Source of the DNA: Octopus sinensis
Taxonomy: Eukaryota
DNA: 64,000 nt
Direction: 5' to 3'
NCBI RefSeq assembly: GCF_006345805.1
Contig: NC_043021.1
Coordinates: 25,792,001 to 25,856,000 of the forward strand
Shown: positions 1 through 13,930 of the stretch, piece after piece
How the letters are laid out: each line of letters opens with the position of its first letter
Numbering within the stretch: the stretch's first letter is position 1
The notes under the pieces: generated by a model
The model's input: only the letters and a program-made list of their open reading frames with translations
Database searches by the model: none
Told to the model about the DNA's origin: nothing
Translations under genes and position numbers: made by a program

Positions 1-740
1 TTTTAATGTAATGCATTGTAGAGGTGGGCTATATAATTACAGGCCTTTAATTGCTTTTAGTATTTCAAGGTTTGTTTATTCTTATCATTATTATCATTAG
101 TATCATTAGTATTAGTATTAGTATTATTACTGTTGTTGTTGTTGTTCATGTTTCAAGACATATCAGTGTTCTGTTACTTATTCAGCTATTTCGTCCTTGG
201 TGCTTGCACTTTCATGTTTTATCTTTTACCTCTTTCAGTAATTGTGCTGTGGCCATGCTGGTACAACAACTTGAAGTCGAATACTTTTAGTCAAACAAAT
301 TAACCCCATTACTTATTCTATCAGTCTCTTTTACCAAACAGCTAAGTTACAAGAATGTAGACAAACTTACATCAATTGTCAAATAGTGGTGGGGAAAAAC
401 AAACACAGGTGTAAAGACACACACACACATCATCATCATCATTGTTTTAATGTCCACATTCCTATGCTTGCAGGGGTCAGATAGAATTTGTTGAGATAGC
501 TTTTGCACGGCTGAACGCCCTTCCTGTCACCAACCCTCACCTGTTTCCAAGCAAGTAATATTTCCCCTTAGTCAGACATGTTTTTCATGGTATAACGGAA
601 ACAAAGAACATCACTTATATGATAGTGATACTTATTTATAAATATCACCTGATGATGAGACAAGGGAACATACACACACACACACACACACACATACACA
701 CGCGCACACACACACACACACATACACACGCGCACGCACG

Positions 741-780
<40 letters not shown>

Positions 781-2497
781 AATAAGAATATATAAAAATA
801 TATATTCATCAGTATCAGCACCAAAATTCACTCACAAGGCATTGGTTGGCCCTGATTCATAGAAAATTCTTGCCCAGGTGCCATGCTTTGGGGCTAAATC
901 TAAAACCTCATGCTCACAAAGCGAGCTCCTTAATCACACTGCCATGTCAGAGTCTCTCAATCTGAACTATTGTTGATGTAGATTTGTCTGTTTTATTGTT
1001 TGTTGTTGTTGATGTTTAGCCCTGGGTCAATTCTAATCAAGCAAGCCCATAATCAAAGCCTTTCCTACCATTGCTGTCTTCTCTTTTTAAGTGTATCTAT
1101 CCCTTGCCTTATTTAAGATTATATAGAGACTTGGTTGCTATTTTTAACAGGTCAAGTACTAGTTAGAGGTTTCTCCACTGACTGATGTTTCATTAAGTTG
1201 TATTATTATGCTACTAATTGTTAAAGTTCTTTTTAGTTTTAACTTATAAATAAATATTCGTTGTTATGTCTCTCACGTAATTTACTGAAAACATCACCTC
1301 TTGCTTTACTCTAAAGACCAAATGTTTCTTTTCAAATTGTCCTGTTAACATGCATCATTGTCAAATATCTGACCTTTTCAAAGCTAGTTTTACACTTCAT
1401 AACTATCTTGATATGTTGGTCACATCCTGACTATTTGCTGCAGACTAGTCACTGAAATATATGCAAAATACATTACATCTCTCTCTCTCTCACACACACA
1501 CTAATGAATCTTGAGAGCCGGAAGATAATCAGAAAGGTTATTATACTCCAGTTGTCTGTTTTAACATTCCTTTTAGTATCTATCATCTCATCTTCCTGCA
1601 CAACATATATAATCATTCACAATATCTTTAAAAATCCACTTATAAATAATTATTTCTTGCGAAACACTTTCAGTTTCAAAAGATAAGTAAAATAAAATGA
1701 AAATATCCTCCAATTTTTACATTTAGTTTCATTTCAGATAAAAATCATAATTAGATTTTCAAATTTTTGTTCCATGTTAGAAAAAAATCGTAATTTGTTT
1801 TACCCAAATAGGAAAAATCCAAACTCTTTGTTCAGGTTTTTTTTTTTTAATTTTGCTTCAGTTTCATGTTTCAAAACTAATAAGGCAGAGGATGAATCAG
1901 AAACACTTTTAAAATGTTAACTAAAATTTTAATTTGAACTAAAATTCAATAAAACTTAAAATTCACATTTGATTCAATGAAAAATTCCAGGTTTTCTACT
2001 TTTATTAACTTCTAATTTACCACAAGTTTCTCAAAAACACATGTTTATGAAAATATGAATTAAAAAAAAACTAAAAAGCCTTATAATTTGATCTAAATTC
2101 CCTACTAGTTTTGGTTCTTAACCATTTTGAGATTGTTAAAACAAGCAGCTGTAGAATGAGTGCAAAAGTTCATTCAACTACTCATGTAGTTTTAATCTTA
2201 AAGCTTTATTATCATCACTGTTTTAATGTCCACTTTCCATGCTTACATGGATGAGACAGAGTTTATTGAGGCAAATGTTCTACAGTGGGATGCTCTTCCT
2301 GTTGCCCACCCTCACTTATTTCTAAGTAAAGTAATATTTCCTCAGGGCTACGTATGTTTCCATTGCTTGTATGAAAGTGACAGTCATTTACTTTACAACT
2401 AACACATGGTGTCAAGACAAGGAGACATAAACACACAAAAAATCACACTCACACTCATAATATATACATACAAAGATCTATCTATCCATCCATCTAT

Positions 2498-2532
<35 letters not shown>

Positions 2533-5500
2533 TATGTGTGTATATATATGTATATATACAATCACACACACACACACACACGATGGGTTTCTTTCCCTTT
2601 CTGCTGACCAAATTCACTCAAGGCTTTGATCTGCCTGGTGTTATAATAGAAGACACCTGTCCAAGGTGCCATGCAACAGGACTGAACTCCAAACCAAGCA
2701 GTTGAGAAGCAAACCTTTTAACAACCCAACCATTCAGTCGTATCTTTTCAATCATAACCAGTTGGAAGAATTTATCACTCAGCCCAAAAAAAAAACAAAA
2801 AAAAAAACATCTGTGATTTTTAACAAATGGAGAGAATAGAACTTAATATTTTCATCTTCGAAATAATTATCAGACGATTTACTGGTGTATCAAGTATATG
2901 ATGTGATAATATTTCATCACCTTTAAGTTGTGAAAAGAGTACAATTTTAAAAAATTCTCAGCTTCTTGAAAGAGTCCTAAAAATTGTTACCATCTTTTTT
3001 TTCTCTTTACAGTAAATTTCAATTCACAAAGAACTTGTTTTCACACATCATTCAATGTATCAATATCTCTGTGATTTACAATTTCATAGCAAGAGGTAGT
3101 TGTACAACTCCATTAGCAAACAGTAATAACCAGTTGTTGAGACTTAGGAGTGGTCACCCAAAATAGTGATTGAAGATATACTGACAGGCTTATATAATGT
3201 TCAGATAATTACATGCCACTTATGAGCCCCATTTGACTCATATCATCTCCTACACTCCCTGCCTTAGTTCTAATTATTTCAAATTTACAACTGACTCAGG
3301 AGCTGACTCACATAATTTCTGAAAATAACTTTTAATCTATTCACTCAGATTCAACTCTAATAACAACACTGATCTTGGGCTGCTAAAATTCATTTCTTCA
3401 ATTTCCAGGGCCTCACCATAATAGAAACGTTTCAGATGGCTGTTGTGCATGGTTTCGATAAAGACAACTCCTTTATGTGTTTTTTTTTTGTTAGTATTCA
3501 AAAGTATTTTCTTTCTTTCTTTCTTGTTAAAGCTAGGGAGTATCACATTCAAGTTTCTATGATATCTGGGTCATCAAGTGGAAGTTTGTTGTTATCAACT
3601 GACAGTGTAATTGTGGTTTTGTACTGAGTTTATCCAAGTAAATCTGTTGTCAAATACAATTCTTTATGTCCAGAAGCTTTATTTAACTGAATAGCCAAGC
3701 TCCTTGACTTCAAACTGGCAACCTTCTTAAGTAATAGCGATCTTGTATAAGCATGTAAAACACATACTGCATTGCAATAGTATTTGCAGAACTATAATAT
3801 CATTATTAATTGGAGAGTAAGTAAAAACTGGAGCAGATATTTCAAGAAGGGAAAAGAAACAGGTGAATGAAATATGAACGGATGATACAGGAACTTAAAA
3901 ACTAAAACAAAAAAGGGGATAGAGGAATTAGATATAATTAGGGCTAGATTAATTAGTTATAATATAATTGATAAATCAGGAGGATTTGTGTATTTACTTT
4001 GTTTTCCATTTGAATTACACATTACAAAAACATTCGAATTAGTTTCCATCATCGAATATTGTCAGTGTTGCAGGTTTCCTCCCTGAGTTTCTCTCTCCTA
4101 AAGAGATGTGATAACAATAGAGGAGCCTTCCACTCCCAATGGGCCAACTGCATGCCCGGACACCAACCCAGGTATTTCCACATTGCCATGCATACATACA
4201 TACATCCATATGATGGGCTTCTTCTAGTTTCCATCTACCAAATCCACTCACAAATCTTTGATTGACCTGAGATTATTGTAGAAGACACTTGCCCTAGATG
4301 CCACATAGTGAGACTGAACCTGAAACTATGTAGCTGTGTGTGCTCAGTAGAGGAGCCTGGTGGTTTGGGTTAGTACTTGAACATTAACATTATCCTTTAG
4401 GGTTGTTAACAAAAAAGAAATAAGTAATTTTATAAAATAATGGTTTCACAATTTGTCACAGGGCCAGTAATTTGGAGAAGAGTGGGTAAGTTGATTACAT
4501 CAACCACAGTACTTGACTGGTCCTTAATCTATCGACCCAGAAAGGATGAAAGGCAAAGTCAACCATGGCAGAATTTGAGCTCAGAAAGCAAAGACAGACA
4601 AAATGGTGCCAAGTGTTTTGTCAGGCAGGCTAATGGTTCTGCCAGCTTGCCATCTTCAATTTTATAAAATAATAATTAAATATAGATTTTCTTTATAATT
4701 TTAACACTTTCTCTTTGGTGTTTATTTGATAATTGTTCTTGATACTTATTTTTTTTATAATTGCTGAAAATATAAACACCCGAAATAATTCAACACTATA
4801 GACTTCTTTTTGTTTTCGTATTGGCACTTCTCTTTCTGAAATTTGCAATAATTGAAGAAAGACATCTACTGTAGTAAATATTTTGGGATTTAATGGGATT
4901 GTCCCTTTCGGTAGGTTTTGGTTCCTATATTATGTAGTATCTGAAAATTGAAACCAAAATTAATTTATTTATGAAAGGAAGCAAAAATTTATAATAAGTT
5001 TATGGGAATGCATTGATTTCAAATTATTATTTATGGCCTTTGCCTCAGTCTGCTTGTAGGTCAAGTAGGCTCCACTTTTTATGATTTAGCTATTAATAAG
5101 AGAAAGAGCGTCCAGCTGTAAATCAACTGCTCCATCCATATGCCAATTTGGAAAACTACTCCATCAATGCAAATGTGGAATAACTGAACTCCAAGAACCT
5201 CTACCCCTCCCATTCCTACCCATCTCATACCTCTCTGACATCCACTATAACACCGCATCACCACAGTCATTATCACTTTCCAGCTCTACCACCCACACAC
5301 TCACTTCTAAAATGTAAGTAGTCACATGGCTATATGACTAAAGCAAGAAACCTATTCTGTTCTGGCTCTTTTCCCTCATATTTTGTCCCTGTCTCTCATG
5401 TCTCCAGTTATGTAAACCTTTTGAGAAAGCATCTTACATTCAGAGACTTGTGAGCAACCATTTGTTCTCCTTCACCACATGTTCTACATACAGCCATGTT

Positions 5501-5559
5501 ATCTTTCATATCTGTAGTCTCTGTGATTTATCTCATTTTGACAGGAAATACAGAGAATT

Positions 5560-5715
5560 TGGAATTACTATAACAAAGTTGATATTATACCAACAAGAGA
5601 CTAGAAACAATGGCAAAAATATTTGAAGGTTGGTTGAAGATATTGGGTATTGAGGTGAATTTCATAACTACAGAAAATTTGTTTGCTTGGCACAGCAAGA
5701 ACCATTAAGAAAAAT
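5560..5715 (+). mobile_element. Decayed 3' end of a non-LTR retrotransposon, possibly R4/Dong-like
   Basis: Translates to ...LLGTARTIKK, similar to the 'QKxxLLGTARI' C-terminus of REL-endonuclease LINEs. Short and degenerate. Confidence 0.3.
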
Positions 5716-7112
5716 ACTATGTACATAAGTTTGTGGGATGTAGCTCAATATTTAGCTATCCCATTCCAACTGGACAACAACGAAATGCTTAGTGAAAAAT
5801 TAAAAAACATAAAGGATAATAATATTTATAATTTGGTGGTCCTCGATGTGTTCAGCAGTGTGGATGATACCTTCAGATCAGTGGCCATTTATACTCTGAT
5901 TGGGGTAGAGCAGTAGAACAGCCAGTCATCTTCAGTAGTTTAGAAGCATTATGAATCCTACTAATTAGTGTTAATAGGCTATTGGAAGGGCATCTTGGAC
6001 ACACACTCTGATTATGTAAGAGTAACTGATAATATTAAATACAGTTTCATTCAAGTGTAATAATTGAATTAGTCTATCAGACTCCCTATGTCTAAATTTT
6101 TAACAGATTATTACTGGTCCTTACAGAATGATTTTTACTTTGCTAACTTTATACTTTTTGTCTTATAAGTGCTGCCATTTGTATAACTTAGTCCCTATTT
6201 TTTATTTTTTATATTTATTTGTCTTTTGTTTAGTGCTGTAATTTTCTGTATATATGAAAAGGTGTTCAAATTAAGATTAAACTCTCACACCATTGTTTTA
6301 CACAAACTTCTAAGCTCATCCTTTAAACCGGTGATTCTCAACCAGCAGTTCTGGGCCATGGATCACTTCATACTGAGCCAACGAGAAAGAAGAAGCTTTA
6401 AATTTTATCTTTATTTTATTGGTTATCATAGTCTGCAGGAAGTTTTTGCATTTTATATGTATTACATATATAATAATTAAATTATATATTATTGTGTTTT
6501 GTTATGCATGTGATCCCCGCACCCCTGCTGCAAGTCCCTAGAGAAATTGTCTCACATAAAACTAGTCTGTGATGCAAAAAAGGCTGAGGACCAGTGCTTT
6601 GGATCATGGTTTCACAGGACATTTCTACCCACTGGGCTGTAAACCCAAGCAAGAGCAATTTTGTATCAATTTAGGTTAGATTTAAAGCTAACGTTTGCAA
6701 CTAGGGAAAATCTTTCATAACTATTAGTTCACATTTGTCTCAGAATATATATTTCCACACTGATAAAAGTATTTGGGGTTGCCTAAAGTAATTTGTGTTG
6801 TTTCATTTTGAAAGTAACTACCATATTTAAATTCCTTTTCAGTCATGGAATCCATATTTAACCAAACTTAGTATTAGGAATATCACCAATTACTCGTTTA
6901 CTGAAACACAAAATTTGTTTTCTGTGAGTTCTACTCTGGTTCTCTCAGCAATTTCAACGCATGATGTCACAGGATTTCTACTTTCATATCGAAATATTTC
7001 TTCTGCAGTTCATAACTTTGGTGTTTCCTCTTCAATTAGATTTTTTTTTCAGTGTTCTATGATTCCAGTTTCTTTGTAAACCTTATCAAGTTGTGAGATA
7101 TTTATTTGGTTA

Positions 7113-7143
<31 letters not shown>

Positions 7144-8041
7144 AGGATGACACAAATTCATGAAGCATTCCATATTTCACTGATGGTGCTCCAGCATGGC
7201 CACAGCCTTTGGGCTGAAATGCATTAAAAGAATAAAAGAATATCCCAAGTAGGTTAAACTCTAATGAGACATATGTGGTGTGAACTGCTGCTACCCAACA
7301 TTGTTCTGATGTTATGTAATATAAGTTTGTGAGTTCATTTCAAATGTTTTTTTTTTCCAATAACTTAGCCATAGCTGGATGCTGAAATTGATGACCCTTT
7401 TATCAAAGCCCCTATGACCAATGGGAAGAAGAAGGAGTAAATTTATCCTCAAACTTCTGTCCTAGTCTGGATGCTTATAACAGACCAGCCTTCACTAAAG
7501 TTACAAAGGCAACAGATTAACTCTACTTTCTAAGAACAGGATTGGTGCTTCCAATAGATTTTCATACGGCTTCCAACTGCCAAATTTCAGTTACAGGGTT
7601 TTTTAGTCATTTGAAAATATAATAGGGGACATTTGTCCAATATGGCATACTGAGATCAAACCCAAAGTCAATGGTTATAAGTTACTTTCCTTTAAAAGAC
7701 AGCCATGCCTCTACACACCTGGACTTTGCTTTATTTGTTTATGTATTCCAGTCCAAAAGGTATGGCCATGCTGGGGCACACAGTATTTATTATTGGAAAT
7801 ATAGTACCTGATAATGGATGATTAGGAATTTGTTCAAAGCAAATCAGAAAAAAAAAAAAGAATTTGGAAAGTCATTTCATCAGTGAAATACTACCATTAT
7901 CTCTTATCCTTTCTACATCTATTAAAGATCTACTGACCTCATTCTGGTCATTTGTTGTCATGCTGCAGTCTTCTTATCTGCCAAAAATAAATAAAAATTA
8001 AAACAAATAAAACTTTTTAAAAATCATTGGTCAATGCTCAC

Positions 8042-8273
8042 CAAGAACTTAGTTGCAGAACCCTAAATCGATATAACCAGCATTTGAAAGTGTAACACCT
8101 TTGGGTAATAGTGTTGATGTTGGTGGTGGTAGTAAGATTGATATTGTTATTACTACAGTACTTGGGATAACTCCAGTCAGCTCTTCTTAAGAGGACCCAT
8201 GGTATTTGACCATTTGACCATCTTATGGCCACCTCATTGCTAATGTAGAGCTCACTGCTTAAAGATGTTGCTC
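8042..8273 (-). CDS. Internal coding exon of an orphan - strand gene
   Basis: Acceptor catgtttcAG| at 8274 in phase 1 matches the donor phase of the 9699-8910 exon. Open frame (G)ATSLSSELYISNEVAIRWSNGQIPW...LQLSS. Donor TG|GTGAGC at 8041. Confidence 0.5.
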
Positions 8274-8909
8274 CTGAAACATGATCCTAGTATAGAGGCA
8301 GGGACAAATTTTCCGATGGAGATTTGGTTACTATTTTGAGCATGTCAAGCAACTATATAGAATCTCCTTCATTGGCTGTGGCTGGTGGTGATGGTGATGG
8401 TGATTGGGAGTGGGATGATTATGATGATGAAGTTGATGGTGGAGATGGTGGTGATGAGGGTGGTGGTGTTAGTGAGGGAGGTAATTTTTAATTGTCAAAT
8501 AGACAAAAATTCCAAAGTCAAATAATACGCAACCTCACAGTACAGTCATGTAAGCACAAGTAACAGTGCATTCTGGGTAGCTGAGGATTGTGGGTGGTCT
8601 CTGGAGAACATTTTTACAGCCAACTCATGTTATTACACATCAATCTGTGATAGTGTAACATGGTTCACAATCAAATATACTGTGTCATCTAGAATCAGTG
8701 ATGAATGAATCAGTGATAAACGAGACCACATATATTTGTTTTATTAATCCCAGAAAGATGACAGGTAAAATCAATGCAGATGAAATTTGAACTGAAATAT
8801 TTAAACAGATTTAACTAAATAATCACAAAACATTTTGTCAAGCACTTCCCAAAATCTTCCATCTTATATAACTATCACAAGATTATATAGCTTTAACATG
8901 AATACCTAC

Positions 8910-9699
8910 CTTTAGCACAGCATCTGTAGAGTTTAGCCAGTTTAGCCAGTTTTGAAACTGGCTTGGATTTCTTCTCTGATGGTTTAGAAGGGGCTATATT
9001 TGCAAGCTTGTCAAAGGTAGTGCCGTTTTTTTTGCTACTTAATAAAATGACTGGTCGATATTCTTCCAGTTGATTATCCTTTGGTGAGGTCAGTTCAAAA
9101 TGACCAATGTATTCTACTGCCATGTTTTCTATAAGTATACAAGGTACCCTTGGAATATTGCAGTTTATTAATTCCTTTTGATCTGGCCTCCGACGGGCAA
9201 AAGGCTCATCTAACACTGGTCCAATTTCAAGGCTTAAAGGTTGTGCAAGTGGGAGGTGTAGCATAATCTCCTCCTGTGCACTCAAAAGTCTACTTCTTGG
9301 TTCACTTTGTTGATAAAAATATCTTTTCTTCGTGACCCCACTTTTCCCTTCACCTGTTGATATCAGCTTCCTTTCATTTAACACAAACTCTCCGGGTTTT
9401 GCGAATGCTATGTTATAACTTATTTCTTCTTTGGGGGCAAGACTTCTGCTATCAGAAGGATTTTGTTGGGAGAATTTATTTCTGGTAATTATTTCTTCCT
9501 TTAGTTCATCACATTCCGATATATTTCTGAACTGTTGAGTACAAATATATGTAACTGTCTGATCTGGTTGTATTTCTCTGTCTAATGGCCTATTCTGTTG
9601 ATAATAAATCCCCTTTCTTTCTTCATTTATTTCATCAGTTTTTGTTCCATTCTGATACATGACATCAAGTGATATCTCAGATTCATATATGTCGTCCAT
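8910..9699 (-). CDS. Large coding exon of an orphan - strand gene, uncharacterised protein
   Basis: Part of the non-repetitive 291-codon ORF 8893..9768. Pyrimidine tract plus TAG acceptor at 9704, 4 nt before ATG (MDDIYESEISLD). Donor AAAG|GTAGGT at 8909. Contains diverged internal peptide repeats (QQ..SR.L..EEI). Confidence 0.55.
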
Positions 9700-10462
9700 A
9701 TTGCTATCAAATAGAAAAAAACACAATAATGAATATTGTAGAAGAAAAATTCTACTTGGTAATCCCAAAATTTGAATTTGTTTGCATTAAGCAATAGATA
9801 TGAACGCCACTTTAAACGAAGCCAGATTTTATTTATGATGTCATAATGTAAGTTTTGAAAAATTCTTTTTATCATTTCCACAATGCAGAGAATCATCACA
9901 TTAGTTGCCATTTATTCTACTTTATAAAATAGTTCTCTGCATTTGTCCGCTTTACAAATAATAAAAATATTCCTACAGCACCAGTCACCTTGTTGTTGAC
10001 AAATTTTATTTTCACTTCGGCTATTCATTTGTATCTTCTTCATATTCATCAACTCCTTTATTAGTATTATTCTTCCATTATCTCAGATCATGATATTGGC
10101 AGTAATCACACATGCATTAGCTAAGGCGGCAATCCAATAGAACTTCTAAAAGAGAATAGTGCATTGGTAACAATAAATGCACAATGTATTTGTTTATTAG
10201 TTTAAGGTGCATTTTTCCATGCTATCATGGGTTAGAGGAGTAATTATTATGAGGTAACATATTATAGCTAAGATGCTCTTCTTGTCAACAGGGCTTTCTG
10301 TTTTCTCAAGAAAGGGGTTATTTTTATTGCAGAGGTTTTTCAAAAGCACAGGGACTGGCTGTAATATCAGCAAGGTATGTCAGTGTCACCAATTGGTGAG
10401 AAGTGTGGAATATTCACACAAATTATTCACACATGAATGTATGTATCTGTGTGTCTAGTGTA

Positions 10463-10469
<7 letters not shown>

Positions 10470-10498
<29 letters not shown>

Positions 10499-10647
10499 TG
10501 TATGTATGTATGTATGTATGTATGTATGTATGTATATAAGACATAGATACATACATACATGCATACATGCATACATAGATACATACATACATACATACAT
10601 ACATACATACATACATACATACATACATACATACATACATACTTACA
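10470..10647. repeat. Head-to-head (TATG)n/(CATA)n tetranucleotide microsatellite
   Basis: (tatg)n at about 10470-10535, then (cata)n at about 10547-10647. Confidence 0.95.
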
Positions 10648-10649
10648 TA

Positions 10650-11476
10650 CAGGGTGCGATGGGTAAATTGTCCCCATTTTATATTTTTAATTTCACGCAT
10701 GTGTATTGTTTGCTTTTCATTTTGTCAACTACACAGTATAGTAGGGTCAGTTGAGCACCGTCTGTGAGAAAAACAGCACCATGACACAATTCACTCTGCC
10801 AGAAATTTGGAAACAACATACTGTACTGCTTGGCATTCATGTTGGAAGCTGCAATATGAACATCTCAGAGTGTTGGGTGTCAATCTAAGTCCCCAAAATA
10901 TGTACTGACAGTGATAAAAATCAGACATCCAGTCAAATCATGATGTTTAAAGTGATCACTAGTGATGGTGACATTATGCCTCCATTCATCTCTCCACATG
11001 GCCTCAGACTCAACATGGGGGCCTACATCAAATGCCTGGAGGAGGTAGTGCTGCCCTGGGTCAAAGAGTGGCTGCTGGAAGACCCTATATCTAGCAACAG
11101 ATATACCATGCCACACAAGCAGGAGAACCCAGTCATGGCTGTCAGACAATTTCTGCAACTACATCACCCCTAACATCTGGCCACCTAACTCCCCAGACTG
11201 CAACCCCCTTGATTATTATGTGTGAGGTGCAGTTGAGCAAGAGCCCAACAAAACTCCTTGTAACACCAACGATGAACTGAAGGCAAGGATTATGGCAGCA
11301 TTCACCAACTTAAGGAGGCCGTGATTGAAGCCAATGGTGATTTTATTGAATAGATTTACTCTTTAATATTTCAAGATATTTTTATGTAATTTTGGTAAAT
11401 ATATCTGTTAAAATGAGATGAAAGTATTATTTTCATTTTTGCATAATTTATATGACAGTTCATTCACAACACCTTG
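10650..11476 (+). mobile_element. Degenerate, internally deleted Tc1/mariner DNA transposon
   Basis: TA|CAGGGTGCGATGGGTAAATTGTC at the left end and GACAGTTCATTCACAACACCTTG|TA at the right end (imperfect TIRs, TA target duplication). Broken transposase frames include VITSDGDIMPPFI..YIKCLEEVVLPW and WPPNSPDCNPLDYYV. Confidence 0.88.
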
Positions 11477-12949
11477 TATGTATACACACACACACACATA
11501 CACACACATACATATGTATATATAGGTTTATGCATATTTGTGTTGGTATATGTGTATTTGTATATATTTGTATGTATGACTGTAAGTGTGCATCCAACCC
11601 ATGCCGCCTTGGAAAAGGAAACATTAAATGATGATGATGATGATGTATCTTTGTAAATATGTATGCATTGATAATTTTTTTCTACGTCTACTTAAGTTTC
11701 ACTTATGTTTCAGTGTTTGCATTATTCTGCCAAAATTAATCCTTTTTTATCCACATTGTTTTGAACTAATCATGCATTATCTTGTAGCTATGAGATTTTG
11801 ATGAGGTAGCTGTTAATTTTTAAAACAATATTGTAGGGTTGGTGTGAGAGACCAGATCTGGCCCGTTTGAACATAAAACAGGCAGAATACTTTTAGAGTA
11901 CATGTTTATCTTGTAAAAATTTTATTCACCCACACATATAATGGACCAGCTTCCACACTGTCTGTCTGCCAAAGTTAGTCACAAGGCATTGGTCAGCTCA
12001 GGATTATCGCAGGGACACTTGCTGCAGGTGTAGCACAGTGGGACTAAAGATAAAGTGGATTTCTTGATCATACAGTCTTTCCAGTCTTGCCTGTGCCTAT
12101 CCACTGGATTTTGAAAAAAAAAAGAAAATAGTGCTAGGTTCCTACTAAATTAAACACAGATATCCAAGTAAATAGAATATGCTGATACAGTGATGAGTGG
12201 TAAGCATACAAGAATAAGTTATCTCTTGATATTTACAATTATACACGAGATAAATGGTATGAGTCTGTTTACTTGGCCCGTTGTTGTTTACTGCTTGGAA
12301 CTGGTGCTTTTAATTTACAGTGTTTTAGAACACCATATTAGAAAATCTCCATCATCAGCAGTAACTGGACATGTTTTTATGGAAGTTGTCAAGTAAATCA
12401 CAACCCTAACGTATCACATAACTCTTTCACTGGATATTTACTTCTGTTAGCTCTTGGGTTTTTCAATGAAGCTGATATGGGCAACCTTTTTTGAGAAGCA
12501 GGCTGCATGAGACTTGGCTTGTCATCAGATGAGCTACACTACTAAAAATATTCAACGTAATTTTTTAAGTGTGCCATTCAGAAAATCCTGCAGGTCACAT
12601 GCACCCCATGGGCCTCAGTTTGCTCATGACTGCTATAAAGCTTGAGAGTGATTTTTACAAAGTTTCTCTCATTCACATTGGGAATTTCTTTCATATCATG
12701 TCTCCCACCAGTCATATACCTTCATATTATTTAAAATTTTTAGTAATTACTATCCCATATGTACCTTCATATCTGTGATAGGGCAGTGTTCAGGTTTATC
12801 TGTGAATAATATGATCAACATATAATATCTGATACACAGATAAAGGTAATGAACTGTAGAAATCATGACATCTTGCATTAAATAAATGAGTACATGAACC
12901 ACTAATGTGTCATCAACATTAGTGATGGAGAAAAGAAGCCGGTGGATGT

Positions 12950-13930
12950 CTGCCAATATTGATTAAGGAAAATAGTATCTGTTGTTTGCATTCCATACAA
13001 TATTATCTACAGTCTATTGACATTTGATAAAGTAATATTTGTAGTTTATTGATGTTCAATAAAATAGTATCTATGATTTATTGATATTTAATAAAATTGA
13101 GCATTATAAACTATTGCTGTTCAGTAAAATATATCTGTGATCTATTGATGTTCAAATAATATTTGTGATCTATTGTTGTTCAATAAAATAGTACCCATAT
13201 CCTATTGGTGTTCAATAAAATAGTATCTGTGATCTATAGATGTTCAATAGAATATATTGCCTATTGATGTTCAGTATGATAGTATTTGTAGTGTTCAATA
13301 ATATAGTATCTGTAATCTATTGATGTTCATTAAAGTAGCATGTGTAGCGTATCGATGTTGAAAGAGTATTTCTGGTCTGTTAATGTTCAATAAAATAATA
13401 CCAGTCGTCTCTTGGTGTTCCCTAGAATAGTATCTACCATCTATTGATCTTTTATCTTTTGCTTGTTTCAGTCTTCAGACTGCAACCATGCTGGGGCACC
13501 ACCTTGAACAGTTTAGTCTAACAAATTGACCTCAGAACTTTTTTTTTTGAAGCCTGGTACTTATTCTATTGGCCCCTTTTCATTAGACTGCTAAGTTACA
13601 GAGGCATAAACAAACCAACACCAGTTGTCAAGCAATGGTGCACGACAAAGACAAGCCACACACACACACACACACACGCACATGATAGGATTCCTTCAGG
13701 TTCCATCTACCAAATCCACAAATTGTGGTCAGCCCATGCCTATGTAGAAGACTCTTGCCTAAGATGCTGTACAGTGGGACTGAACCCACAACCATGTGGT
13801 TTGGAAGTAGAATTCTTACCACACAACCACATCTGAACCTATAAAATAGTCTCTCTCATATATTGATGCTTAGTAAGATAATATCTATAGTCTATGGTGT
13901 TCAATAAAATAATATCTGTCATATACTGGT
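12950..13930. repeat. Diverged ~32-bp minisatellite split by a SINE insertion
   Basis: Consensus approximately AAAATAGTATCTGTGATCTATTGATGTTCAAT, about 15 units in 12950-13448, resuming at 13840-13930. Confidence 0.85.
13448..13838 (-). mobile_element. tRNA-derived SINE, family B (central (TG)n)
   Basis: Reverse complement of the family seen at 50153: head GGTTCAGTCCCACTG, tail CCAGCATGG..CAGTC..GACTGAAACAAG. Confidence 0.8.

Noticed and set aside
12950-13448. CRISPR-like periodicity
   Set aside because: Units are contiguous and diverged, with no unique spacers or cas genes, in a eukaryotic context.
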